Shown: positions 38,487-48,374 of the stretch, in pieces | Numbering within the stretch: position 1 is the first letter of the stretch | Layout: each line of letters opens with the position of its first letter | Assembly (NCBI GenBank): GCA_046482545.1 | Contig: JAWOEX010000010.1 | Span: forward strand, 96,001-160,000 | Origin: Candidatus Thorarchaeota archaeon | GTDB lineage: Archaea; Asgardarchaeota; Thorarchaeia; Thorarchaeales; Thorarchaeaceae | Direction of reading: 5' to 3' | Length of the DNA: 64,000 nt | Made by a program: the position numbers and the translations under genes | The notes under the pieces: generated by a model | Database searches by the model: none | Seen by the model: only the letters and a program-made list of their open reading frames with translations | Told to the model about the DNA's origin: nothing

Positions 38487-39034
38487 AGCCTTTGGATATT
38501 CCGAAGAAGTGTTTCATTCTTATCAATTTGTTTTTCAGAAGGATCTACAACGAAGCCAGATTCGTGGCATTCAATCATGACTTCCACGCCTGAGTCCTTC
38601 ACAGCCTTGAATCCACTGTTAGACAAAGGTCTAACTCTCAGCTGTTTTGTATCGAACTCTATTCTGTCATGAGCCTGTTGAATCTCGGCATCCTTTCGGA
38701 TCTTCGACTTTGCGATACGGAGCTGTTGTTTGAGCTGGGCAACCTCTACTTGAAGCTCCTTCTTTTGCTTCGTCACCTTCTCCAATTCTTCTTTTGTTGC
38801 CTCATATTTGTCTTTTTCAACAAACCGATCTGATTCATCAACCCAGGTTATCGTAGTTCCATCAAACCGCCGATTGGTCTCCACCTTGCCCATCGCTTTC
38901 AGAATAGCGATGACATCATATATTCTCCTCTTGGGAGTCTCCAATCGTTCGGCAAGTTGGTCACTACGTATACCATCTTCGCCTTCTTCTTTTATTACAT
39001 CAATACTGCGTTCTGCAATTTCCACTAGTTTCAC
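38483..39034 (-). CDS. E2F/DP-like winged-helix transcription factor with coiled coil
   Basis: LAERLETPKRRIYDVIAILKAMG...ITW matches the E2F/DP RRxYD helix and wing Trp; followed by a heptad coiled coil. Confidence 0.75.
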   Translation of the reverse strand: MKLVEIAERSIDVIKEEGEDGIRSDQLAERLETPKRRIYDVIAILKAMGKVETNRRFDGTTITWVDESDRFVEKDKYEATKEELEKVTKQKKELQVEVAQLKQQLRIAKSKIRKDAEIQQAHDRIEFDTKQLRVRPLSNSGFKAVKDSGVEVMIECHESGFVVDPSEKQIDKNETLLRNIQRL

Positions 39035-39302
39035 ATGTGCACCCCAAGCGGACAGAGTATTACCAAGGCAATATCTCCGGTTTTAACACCTAGCGAGATA
39101 TTTAATGGTTTGTATTCTTATTGTGATTTTTCGACCCTCTAAATGTTTGTTCCATAAAAAGAACAACTGTTATAGGTTTTCGATAAATCGAAATAAATCT
39201 ACCTATAACACTCGGTACAATCACCTTTTGCTATATCGAAGCTTATTAATGGATGCCCGGATGACTATGATTTAGTTTTCCACACCCGTACGGTGGTTTC
39301 CA

Positions 39303-40643
39303 ATGAGTAAAGAGAAAATCAAAGTAATTATTATGGGTGCGGCTGGACGTGATTTTCATAATTTTAACTCCTTCTTCAGAGGAGATTCTCGCTATGAAGT
39401 AGTCGCGTTCACTGCACAGCAGATTCCAGGAATCGGAGATAGGGAATACCCACCCGAGCTTTCAGGCGACTTGTATCCGGATGGTATCAAAATATACCCC
39501 GAAGAAAAGCTACCTGAACTGGTTGAGAAATTCGACGTTGACCAATGCATTCTAGCATACAGCGACCTTTCTTACGACTACGTAGGCCACAAAATAGCTT
39601 GGGTCAACTCTCTAGGTCCAGATATCCGCTTTATGGGACCAGAACTTACGATGTATGAAAGTGAGAAGCCAGTGGTCGCAGTCTGTGCTGTTAGAACCGG
39701 ATCCGGTAAGAGCCAGACATCAAGGCGTGTAAATCAGATATTCGTCGACATGGGATTGACACCTATCAACATCCGTCATCCTATGCCATACGATCCGGAC
39801 TTGACCATGCAGATTGCTCAGCGATATGAGAAGCTTGAGGACATGGACAAATATCGATGCACCATTGAGGAGCGCGAAGAATATGAGCCCATTATCAATA
39901 TGGGTGTCACTTTGTATGCAGGTGTTGACTATGAAAAGATTCTTCGTCAGGCGGAAGACGAAGACCCTGACGTAATAACTTGGGATGGTGGCAATAACGA
40001 CTTCCCATTCTACAAGCCTGACCTCCTTATAGTCCTGACAGATCCGCACAGACCAGGCCATGAAATTTCCTACTATCCAGGAGAGACTAACCTCAAGATG
40101 GCTGATGTCGTAATCATCAATAAGGTAGAGACTGCAGACTACGAGGATGTTCAGACGGTTAGGGAAAACATCATGAAGGCAAACCCAGATGCCACGATAA
40201 TCGAAGCGGCCTCACCAATATCTGTCGAAGAACCAAGCAAAATCAAAGGTAAGCGAGTTATCGTTGTCGAGGATGGACCAACAGTCACTCACGGCAATAT
40301 GCCTTATGGTGCAGGTTACGTTGCAGCACGAAGATTCGGTGCAGAAATAGTTGATCCAAGACCATTTGCGGTTGGAAGCATAAAAGACACCTTCGAGAAA
40401 TACACACATCTTGAGAATGTCCTACCAGCCATGGGTTATGGCGAGGAACAAATGAAAGAACTGCAAAAGACTATTGAGAAGGCTGATGTGGATGCCGTCG
40501 TTGTAGGGACACCAATCGACCTAGCGAGGCTCATCGACATCGACAAGCCCAATACACGGGTCAGATACGACCTCCAGGAAATTGGCAAGCCTGACCTCGA
40601 GGACATCCTTGCTGAGTTTGTCGAAAAACAAGGTATCAAGTAG
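39303..40643 (+). CDS. arcE: Arginine synthetase ArcE-like / cDPG-synthetase-related P-loop enzyme (COG2403)
   Basis: GAAGRDFHNFN, RTGSGKSQ, RHPMPY, TIEEREEYE, WDGGNND and EDGPT motifs. Confidence 0.75.
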   Translation: MSKEKIKVIIMGAAGRDFHNFNSFFRGDSRYEVVAFTAQQIPGIGDREYPPELSGDLYPDGIKIYPEEKLPELVEKFDVDQCILAYSDLSYDYVGHKIAWVNSLGPDIRFMGPELTMYESEKPVVAVCAVRTGSGKSQTSRRVNQIFVDMGLTPINIRHPMPYDPDLTMQIAQRYEKLEDMDKYRCTIEEREEYEPIINMGVTLYAGVDYEKILRQAEDEDPDVITWDGGNNDFPFYKPDLLIVLTDPHRPGHEISYYPGETNLKMADVVIINKVETADYEDVQTVRENIMKANPDATIIEAASPISVEEPSKIKGKRVIVVEDGPTVTHGNMPYGAGYVAARRFGAEIVDPRPFAVGSIKDTFEKYTHLENVLPAMGYGEEQMKELQKTIEKADVDAVVVGTPIDLARLIDIDKPNTRVRYDLQEIGKPDLEDILAEFVEKQGIK

Positions 40644-40662
40644 TGCTACTACGAGTGAACAT

Positions 40663-40707
40663 GAGAACAGGTAAATCCTGTTTTCTTGTTCCCTGTTCTC
40701 TTTTTTT
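40663..40707 (+). terminator. Hairpin plus T-tract terminator
   Basis: GAGAACAGG/CCTGTTCTC stem followed by T7. Confidence 0.7.
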
Positions 40708-40787
40708 AGTATCTAATGTAATGCACACAAGATACCCTTTTAGATGGTGACTTCATCGACAGCATAGACCTACACGAGGAAGCTACA

Positions 40788-41165
40788 ATGGCAGAAATAC
40801 CAATGGCTGATGCTGATGAACCGAGTGACAATAAGGGCCGTCCTCTTGGAATAACAGTTTTGGCAATTCTACAGATGATTGGTGCGCTGATAACATTAGG
40901 CCTGGGCGTGACAATCATGGCTTTCGGATCCATCTCGCCGTTCTATGGAATCATGGGAGGAATCTTGGTAATTTTTGGGCTTATTTCATTCTACGTTGGC
41001 TATGGTTTATGGACCATGAAATCGTGGGCTTGGAAGCTAGCCATGATAGTCAACATCATCAACATAGTAATTGGTGTGATAACCCAAAACTGGGTAGGTA
41101 TCATCATTCCGCTAATCATAGTTATCTATCTGAACCAAGAAGACATCAAGCAGCGATTCAGATAA
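40788..41165 (+). CDS. Small 4-TM membrane protein (RP.GITVLAIL type)
   Basis: RPLGITVLA...GLW..KSWAW...YL....K..F pattern. Confidence 0.7.
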   Translation: MAEIPMADADEPSDNKGRPLGITVLAILQMIGALITLGLGVTIMAFGSISPFYGIMGGILVIFGLISFYVGYGLWTMKSWAWKLAMIVNIINIVIGVITQNWVGIIIPLIIVIYLNQEDIKQRFR

Positions 41166-41340
41166 TCAGAGCGAGAACAAGCTTATTCCGGGCAAAAAGC
41201 TCGGCCCCTCTTTTTATTTCAGCAATTCTTTGTACTAGTGCATAGGCTAGTCAAATACTGTTACAATGCTGACTTGGTTCGCCATCACCGTCATGGCAGG
41301 ACCCTTCTTGGGATTCAGCCGCGACATATTCTGGAGCAGG

Positions 41341-42933
41341 CTATGCAGGCTTCGGCCTGATATCATGAACTTCCATGAACTTCATGCCTCCTGCCTTTTC
41401 TAGTAGTTCCTCAAAGGACAACACAAACACGCGCGGAGTAACTTCAGTTGCGTTCTTGGTTACAGTTTGTATTTCTGAAACCAATGCGTGCTCATCAACT
41501 TCTTCTTTCTCGCTTGGGGCAACATAAAGGTTGAGTACGTCCATACTATAAGGATCACTCATATCCTCCTTTGCCACTTCAATCTGCACTTCGTCGACCA
41601 TATCTATTGAAAGCAAATCACTTCTCAGAGCAGTGAGATTCACCGTTGCCCCTTTCACTTTCTTCTCGCTCAACCCCATTATGTCAAGTTGAGCGCGAGC
41701 ATCGTTTTCTCGGCCAATATCCCAGAAGTAAGGACCATCCATGCCACAATTTGGACATTTGCCGCGCTCATGTTCAGCAGCTACATCGCCAAGCAGGAAT
41801 CCTTCAACAACAGTGCCTGTGCCGTCGAGGTGGAAGAGGGTTACATGACCCGGCTCGCCCTCGCTTACGAAATCGTATGTACCGTCATCATTGAAGGTGG
41901 CATACCTGAAAGCTAGCATCAATGGAGAAACATTGTGATACGGACCATCCAAACCACATTGCACAGCAAACGAAATCTTCGTTTCTGACGAGGCATATCC
42001 TCCAACAACCCTAACTTCTTTCGCCCCCTTTTCTTTTAAGATGTGTATCATGTCTTCAACTACAGGCGGATAGATTTTCTCGCCAGCTAGGAGAATAACA
42101 ACTTTCTCAGGAGCATCATAGTCAGATTTCTCCATAGCCTTAAAGAATCGATTCCGGAGGTAGCTAGGCATTCCGGCAAATCCGTTGGCCTTGAACACTT
42201 GTGCCATTTCTACCAGTTTCTCACTGGGTATGGCTCCCCCAGCGCTTGTCGCCAGATAAAATTTGGACATCTGCTTGAGACCTCGATTTACAGCATGCCA
42301 ACCAAGATGGGGAGCATATGGGAAAAGATTCATGCTTACAAGCTCCCAGCCGCTATCTATCCACGGATCAACAGCCATCTGGCCAACCTTGACGCAGTTC
42401 TTTTGCAGTAAGTCATTGTCATGTCTTGTCAAGAACACAGGTGAAGGTAGTCCGGACGATCTACCCGAGCTAAGCCAAAATTGGAGTGGTGCATAGGTAG
42501 TGGTGACCTGTTCCCTTATTCGCTCCTCTGCTCCGTCCTTCCCTATGTGAAGCTTCACCCTGATACCATCATTGCGGAGAGTCTTATACTTGTCTTCATA
42601 TCCAGCGGCCTTGTAGTAGTTCATCAGGTTGCGTACAATTTCAGAAGGCTCACGTTCTTTACCATCCACCTCAGACGGATTAAGCACAAATGACCGGAGA
42701 TTATTTTTGTATTCGAGCTTCCGAACCAATGGTAGCTGATACTTGGCCCAGTCGTCTATACAGGTTATGTCCCAAGGATCCACGTCGTGTTCTTTGAACA
42801 TCCTACGGTAATATGGATGATTGGGCCAGACTTGATAACGGATGAACGCTTTGAATTTCTTCTCCTGCATGCGCTGGATTTCTTTGTGGTTGGTCTTCTT
42901 CAGTTCTTCAAATGTGAATGTACTGCGGGTCAT
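41341..42933 (-). CDS. Phenylacetate-CoA ligase/F390-synthetase-like adenylate-forming enzyme
   Basis: HPYYR, SSGRSSG P-loop, AGE, YASSE, GD and KVKG motifs. Confidence 0.75.
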   Translation of the reverse strand: MTRSTFTFEELKKTNHKEIQRMQEKKFKAFIRYQVWPNHPYYRRMFKEHDVDPWDITCIDDWAKYQLPLVRKLEYKNNLRSFVLNPSEVDGKEREPSEIVRNLMNYYKAAGYEDKYKTLRNDGIRVKLHIGKDGAEERIREQVTTTYAPLQFWLSSGRSSGLPSPVFLTRHDNDLLQKNCVKVGQMAVDPWIDSGWELVSMNLFPYAPHLGWHAVNRGLKQMSKFYLATSAGGAIPSEKLVEMAQVFKANGFAGMPSYLRNRFFKAMEKSDYDAPEKVVILLAGEKIYPPVVEDMIHILKEKGAKEVRVVGGYASSETKISFAVQCGLDGPYHNVSPLMLAFRYATFNDDGTYDFVSEGEPGHVTLFHLDGTGTVVEGFLLGDVAAEHERGKCPNCGMDGPYFWDIGRENDARAQLDIMGLSEKKVKGATVNLTALRSDLLSIDMVDEVQIEVAKEDMSDPYSMDVLNLYVAPSEKEEVDEHALVSEIQTVTKNATEVTPRVFVLSFEELLEKAGGMKFMEVHDIRPKPA

Positions 42934-43267
42934 TGTTCGACAAGCTCCGAAAGTTTCTACGTCAAGGTTGAGAGTTGATTCAACTAGTGAAAATAAAGAT
43001 TGTGTGCCAAGTAGTTTGTCGAATTTACATCATGGGGTACCAACCAATCTGAATCTATCTTCTTGCAACGTATAAGAGGCATACGGATAATATAAGAACA
43101 CTCCATACTATCTAGGAAAGGGTTTGTTTTGGGAATATCGTACACGCTGAAAAGAAAAAGGTACGGATAAATCCTGCAGGTGAATCTCAAAACAGATTCC
43201 AAACACTATAATACACGAAACTATTATGAGTTTATCAAATCATGAGCAATCATGGGGCGATTGATCA

Positions 43268-43696
43268 TTGTCCACCAGCGATGAAAAACTGCAAAACGCG
43301 ATAATTCAGCTAGATCAGGGTAATGATAAGAAAGCGTTCAACCTGTTCAAGGAAGTGTACGAAGAAAGGCATGACAAGCTGATTACAAAGGTGCAGGAAA
43401 ATCCTAAGTCGCCCACGCTTATGCTGGATTCCCTGTACATGGTTCACGCCCTAGTATGGCTGAGAGTAGCAGAAGCAGGAGTCAACAAAGAAAAAAGTAT
43501 GGAACTCCTTGGCAAAGCAGTGGGAACCATTGAATCAGCCAGAGCCGCCTTTGGACCACTCGTTACTGGTTTGGCGCAATGGGCTCAGGAAAAGAACATA
43601 CAAGTGGTGCACAAGAAAGCAAGAAGCTTGCTTGAAATCACCAAAGATTTGGAAGACATGACCAAGAAGGCATTAGAAGCGCGACGTAAGATGTAA
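43268..43696 (+). CDS. Hypothetical helical (TPR-like) protein
   Basis: 142-aa alpha-helical ORF. Confidence 0.6.
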   Translation: MSTSDEKLQNAIIQLDQGNDKKAFNLFKEVYEERHDKLITKVQENPKSPTLMLDSLYMVHALVWLRVAEAGVNKEKSMELLGKAVGTIESARAAFGPLVTGLAQWAQEKNIQVVHKKARSLLEITKDLEDMTKKALEARRKM

Positions 43697-43802
43697 CCTG
43701 TGATGGAAACGTCTAAAAAACAGTAAAACTCGGGCGCTTTCACAAAGTCCATAAATATAAGGCAAACGCAAAATGCAATGTCTGAAAAGTGGAGGTCTAT
43801 AA

Positions 43803-44051
43803 TTGATTACGGCTTTTGTCAGCATGTCAGTCACGCCCGGTTCTGATGAAGAACTGATTACTGAATTTGCTAGAGATGATATCGTTTCAGAAGCATGGCT
43901 CACCACCGGCGAATTCGATGTCCTTCTTATTCTAGAGGCAGCTGATCAAGAGGAAGTAAATAGCTACGTGAATAACACCGTACGCAATGTCGAGGGTGTA
44001 ATCCGGGTAGTCGTTGCATTTGGCATAGAATCCGTGACGGACAGTGATTAA
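43803..44051 (+). CDS. Stand-alone Lrp/AsnC ligand-binding (RAM) domain
   Basis: TAFV...TGEFDVLL...VRNVEGV pattern; GGAGG SD. Confidence 0.8.
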   Translation: MITAFVSMSVTPGSDEELITEFARDDIVSEAWLTTGEFDVLLILEAADQEEVNSYVNNTVRNVEGVIRVVVAFGIESVTDSD

Positions 44052-44386
44052 AACCGATTCATGTATTCAGCCCATTTATCTGCAGGAAACCGTTCCTGCA
44101 TAATCTCAAGCTCAGCAGAAAAAGAATTCTCTAAATCAACATCGAAATGATTGGCTAGCTGAACGAATAGTGATAAGACTTGAGCAAATTCCCGCTCAAT
44201 CTGATTCTTTTCTGGTTCGTCATGGCCAAGTCCAGTGGCTTTGTAGCCCTCTTCAATGAGGATATAGTCAGACAGCTCACCCAGCTCTTCCAAAAGATGA
44301 GTCATGACCAAAGAAGCTGAGAATTTGTTCCAGCCTCGTTCTGTATGGAATTGCTTCAGCATATTTTGGATATCGCTAAGATGCAA
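44048..44386 (-). CDS. MazG-like nucleotide pyrophosphohydrolase
   Basis: LLEELGEL...EFAQV...LAN motif. Confidence 0.8.
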   Translation of the reverse strand: MHLSDIQNMLKQFHTERGWNKFSASLVMTHLLEELGELSDYILIEEGYKATGLGHDEPEKNQIEREFAQVLSLFVQLANHFDVDLENSFSAELEIMQERFPADKWAEYMNRF

Positions 44387-45091
44387 TTATTTCACCTTCT
44401 CTGTGATATTCACCACTTGAGCCGCGGCTTGGTCAAGTGCCTCCTGAGGGGGTTCATCCAAGAATCCCAAGAGAGTATCTTTAGCTAGAGGCGTCCTATG
44501 AAGAAACATAGCTTCACTCACTCGACCCATCAACTCTGCCGGCGGTAACACTCCCACAGCCATCCTCATTCCCGATTCGACTGAGTCGATGTTCGTAAGA
44601 ACTCTCCAAATTCGGCTACCGTCAGTACATCTGCACGCTAGTAGATTATCAGATTCCTCCACATCGGATACTTGAGTAATTTCAACACATAGAATATCTA
44701 TAGCAAAGGCAGGATTCGGTGGCCGAGTTAAACGATTGTGGAAACCGAAAACAACCCTAAAGACATATTCTGTTTCAGCTAGTAATCTCTTCTCGCTGGT
44801 TTTTGTAGGTTTGAAACCACGCTCATCTCTTGCTGTGGTATAGATGCTCTTGAATTTCTTGATCGCATTAGTTAACGTCTTCAACGATTCGCTTGTTCTC
44901 AGCTCCTGTGGTTCCATATACGAGTATTTGATAGCATAATAGGCCTCTTTTGCCTCACCAAGTAAGTTGAGCAGTTGATTATAGTCGACTTGAAAACGCA
45001 ATAGCCTCTTAGAAAATATGCCTTCTAGACGCCTCAGTGCATCTTCAAGTATCAATATTCGTGCATCTTTTGCAGTATCCAAGAAATACAC
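44387..45091 (-). CDS. tRNA-binding protein with C-terminal EMAP/Trbp OB fold
   Basis: DTAKD.RI N-terminus; VLTN...LPPAELMG.VSEAMF. Confidence 0.8.
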   Translation of the reverse strand: MYFLDTAKDARILILEDALRRLEGIFSKRLLRFQVDYNQLLNLLGEAKEAYYAIKYSYMEPQELRTSESLKTLTNAIKKFKSIYTTARDERGFKPTKTSEKRLLAETEYVFRVVFGFHNRLTRPPNPAFAIDILCVEITQVSDVEESDNLLACRCTDGSRIWRVLTNIDSVESGMRMAVGVLPPAELMGRVSEAMFLHRTPLAKDTLLGFLDEPPQEALDQAAAQVVNITEKVK

Positions 45092-45305
45092 CGAAGGATG
45101 ATTCTAGATTGGAGATAAAAAGGGTATCTCTGAATGTGAGTTTGCCAAGAAACAAAAATAATTTCACTCTGACCCTTCTGCGAGGCAGCGAGGCGTCTTA
45201 GGGAGCCCTCGGAGATATGACATACACCGTAAACCTATCCGGGCAAGTGATATATAGCCAAGAGGTTAAACCTATTCAGGCACAGGCAAGTGGAGATAGA
45301 GTGAC

Positions 45306-45923
45306 ATGATGCAAGCTGTTTACGTGCTGGTGGCTGACAGCGGCCTCTGCGTTCTGGACCGAAAGTACGGAACAGCAGAAATGGACCCAAATCTGATCAG
45401 TGGATTTCTCACTGCATTGATGCAGTTTGGAGATGAGCTTAGCTCGGGAAATCGTGTTCACGTTATTGACTTTCGTGATTTCGATATATGCCTCTCCTTG
45501 AGGAATAATATCATGGTTGCCGCGGCTATTGACAAAACTGATGATGGTAATGCCGCCATGGCTTTGCTTGCTGATATCAATAACGCATTCGTCAACAAAT
45601 ATTCGGATGTATTAGAGGGGTGGGATGGAAATCTTCAACCCTTTCAAGGATTCACTGAAACCATAGATGAGATTACGCAAAAGGGGAAAGCATCCGAGAA
45701 GAAGGTTATGGTGCCTATTCTTGACGGGAGAGTCTCACCTATGCTGGTTAGGCTGGGCCAGATGAAGCAGTCCACCTATGATGTAGCTGAGATGTGTGAG
45801 GGAAAATTGACTCCTAGAGCTATAGCTGACCAGCTTGGTGTCAAAGTCAAAGAGGTTCAGAAGAACCTACACAAGCTTGAAGACATGGATATGCTCGAAT
45901 GGGTGGAAATTGGCAAGGAATAG
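45306..45923 (+). CDS. Longin-like domain protein with C-terminal wHTH
   Basis: YVL..SGLC...DPNLISGFLTAL..F..E Asgard longin signature; C-terminal TPRAIADQLG...LHKLE. Confidence 0.75.
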   Translation: MMQAVYVLVADSGLCVLDRKYGTAEMDPNLISGFLTALMQFGDELSSGNRVHVIDFRDFDICLSLRNNIMVAAAIDKTDDGNAAMALLADINNAFVNKYSDVLEGWDGNLQPFQGFTETIDEITQKGKASEKKVMVPILDGRVSPMLVRLGQMKQSTYDVAEMCEGKLTPRAIADQLGVKVKEVQKNLHKLEDMDMLEWVEIGKE

Positions 45924-45991
45924 AGATATCCTTTAAGCAGTCTGATGCTGTATTCTTGATTTAAACAAATGTGATCGTTCTAGAACGACTC

Positions 45992-46711
45992 CTACTGTGC
46001 CTGTCCCCATTCATTACCTGTGGCAATAAGAATCAGACCAATAACTATCAAGCCAGGCGCCAGTACACCAGGAATAGTGTAGGTTCCAAAAACGGAATCC
46101 ATCAGGAAATGCCTTCCGGCGTGCACAACTCTGCCCGCAAATAGAACTAAGAATCCCAAGCCAAGCAAGAAATTCGACTTCCGCAGCATACCCCCTGACA
46201 CCCAAGCAAGGTACCAGAATAGGAGGGGGATGAAGAGAGCGTATACAACTCCTGCTAAACCTGAGAGTAGTAATCTCTGTATGTCGGTAAGCGGATAAAA
46301 TGCAAGCACAAAACCAATGATGACAGCGGGAATAGCAAACAGGATTTCAGCCCCCCTCTGACCGAAAATCATGAACCCCGCCGTCGCAGACAGGATTGCT
46401 AAAGCCATCCACTGGAAGAAAGCCCCGGCACTAATCCATGGTGAAAGCTCAGGAAGGAAAGGATTCAATCCAAATGCAGGCAAATCTCCATATAGCGAGG
46501 TTGGATCTGCGTAGAAGTCACCCACAAAGTAGAAACATCGTCCAAGAGCAAGCAACAGGAAGAACAGTGCCATGGCGAGCTGGAATGGGTTTTTACTATG
46601 GCGATATCGGAAGAAAAGTAGGAACAAGAATATGAAGAAATAGTAGCCGACAACGAGGAACCATAGGCCAACATGCACTTCACGGATAACCAGATCTAGA
46701 GTTTGTAGCAT
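45992..46711 (-). CDS. 7-TM membrane protein
   Basis: Seven hydrophobic segments and no soluble domain. Confidence 0.7.
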   Translation of the reverse strand: MLQTLDLVIREVHVGLWFLVVGYYFFIFLFLLFFRYRHSKNPFQLAMALFFLLLALGRCFYFVGDFYADPTSLYGDLPAFGLNPFLPELSPWISAGAFFQWMALAILSATAGFMIFGQRGAEILFAIPAVIIGFVLAFYPLTDIQRLLLSGLAGVVYALFIPLLFWYLAWVSGGMLRKSNFLLGLGFLVLFAGRVVHAGRHFLMDSVFGTYTIPGVLAPGLIVIGLILIATGNEWGQAQ

Positions 46712-46883
46712 TATGTGATATTCTCCTTTGTGGATTCGGTCAAAGTGTAGTAAGCACAACTGTATACTCTACCAAGTATTGGAACCAACAAATAAAGATA
46801 TTCTCTCTGGGGTGTATAAGCAAGTAATCCCTATATTATTATCATACGAAGCCTAAATTGCTGTCTGCTTGAGAGGAAGTAAC

Positions 46884-47279
46884 ATGTGGAAACTAAAAGG
46901 CACAAACAATGTTGAGGAGTTTTATGATATCCGCATGAAGGTGGGCAACAAAATCATTCGGTCATATCTGCTTGACAAATCTTTCAAAGAGAACCGTGTC
47001 GACAAAACAAAGCTTTCTCTGAGGGGACCCAAGAATGATTTCTTTGATGCAGCCAAGTTCTTGGTCGTGAGGATTCATAAAGATGATGAATCGTATGCCT
47101 TCTTGATTCAAGCAGGAGTCTATTCGAACCTTAGAATAGTTGGGTCTAATTCAGAGAAAATCACCAGATTAAAGTCAGATGAAATAGTTGACCTGGTGAC
47201 AGAACCTCTTGAGAATCCTTCCAAATACGATTGCAGAATAACTCTGAGTGATGACACAAAAGTAACCGCTTCTACCTAA
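46884..47279 (+). CDS. Hypothetical protein
   Basis: ATG after GAGG; about 131 aa. Confidence 0.6.
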   Translation: MWKLKGTNNVEEFYDIRMKVGNKIIRSYLLDKSFKENRVDKTKLSLRGPKNDFFDAAKFLVVRIHKDDESYAFLIQAGVYSNLRIVGSNSEKITRLKSDEIVDLVTEPLENPSKYDCRITLSDDTKVTAST

Positions 47280-47325
47280 TCGACAAGACACTTGACGATA
47301 ACCCAAGGGGAGGAGAGAACGAAAA

Positions 47326-47514
47326 ATGCTAAGGAAAGTCGTCTGTCCTGTGTGTTCAAAAAGTTTGGAAGTAAAAGTCACGAAGGACATGATTAAGGAT
47401 GAGGAACGATTCCCCGTGACCGTTCGAATTGAGCACGGACAGCACTATTTCTATGTAAACCTTGATAGCAAGGCGGCAATAACAGATATTCTGCATCCAG
47501 ACCTTGTTCAATAG
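47326..47514 (+). CDS. Small CPxC..H..H putative zinc-binding protein
   Basis: CPVC...RFP...HGQH...D; strong GGAGG SD. Confidence 0.65.
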   Translation: MLRKVVCPVCSKSLEVKVTKDMIKDEERFPVTVRIEHGQHYFYVNLDSKAAITDILHPDLVQ

Positions 47515-47516
47515 GC

Positions 47517-48311
47517 CTAACCAATGTATCTTTCGGGAGGTTTCTGGTCCACTTCACCAGATGATATTTCTCTCTGAGATAGCTCTTCCTCAGCCCATTC
47601 GATGAGCTCTTCTACGCGCCTTGTTTTCTCCTCAAGAATACTGAAATCAGCCTTCAATCCTACTAAGTCACTAAATCGTTCTACTAGAGCCTTTGAGGAA
47701 CGGTAATCCAGCTTGACAACACCCAGAGTTTCTCCGAGAAGGCAAGCGCCCTCCATGTCATACATCGTTGCGGCCCATGAAGGAATAACACCATTGGCAC
47801 CAGTGATAACACCATTCTCTGTTGCAACAGCACCAGGCATCTCCATTATTTCTTCGAGTAGCGCATCTGAGCTGGCGGAAGCAAAAACACGCGGCGGTTT
47901 TGGATAATGGGCGAAGAAGCTTTTGTATTCCTGTTCATAAGCTGCGAGAGCATACACGTTGGATATGCCTATCTTGGTGAACTCCTGAATGACATAGTCA
48001 GCATACTCTAAGACACCACCCTCGGACTGGGGTTGGAAGTCAGCAGTAAGGAGGATAATGTCATGGCTCTCATCTGGTGCAGATCTGTAAAGATGCATTG
48101 ATGAGCGGGGAAAATGCGATCGGCCATTCCTAACCAGTATTTTTGGAGGAAAGTATTTGCTGAAGAAATCGGAGATGTGCCTTGCATCAAGAACTTGACG
48201 TAGCGTTTCCACGGAAATCTTGCCAACAGCGCCTATCCCTGGCAATCCTACCACAGCAATCGGGTCACTTAGTGACTTCGGGTCAATATCCATGAAGTAG
48301 CGGCTATACAA
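47517..48311 (-). CDS. PAC2 family proteasome assembly chaperone
   Basis: GLPGIGAVGKI, TADFQP, ITGANG, CLLGET motifs and C-terminal YIG. Confidence 0.85.
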   Translation of the reverse strand: MYSRYFMDIDPKSLSDPIAVVGLPGIGAVGKISVETLRQVLDARHISDFFSKYFPPKILVRNGRSHFPRSSMHLYRSAPDESHDIILLTADFQPQSEGGVLEYADYVIQEFTKIGISNVYALAAYEQEYKSFFAHYPKPPRVFASASSDALLEEIMEMPGAVATENGVITGANGVIPSWAATMYDMEGACLLGETLGVVKLDYRSSKALVERFSDLVGLKADFSILEEKTRRVEELIEWAEEELSQREISSGEVDQKPPERYIG

Positions 48312-48374
48312 TGTCTCTTAGCACCTGTCATATTCCCTTGTAAATGGTTGCTTTTGGCCCTATTGGTTTCGTCT

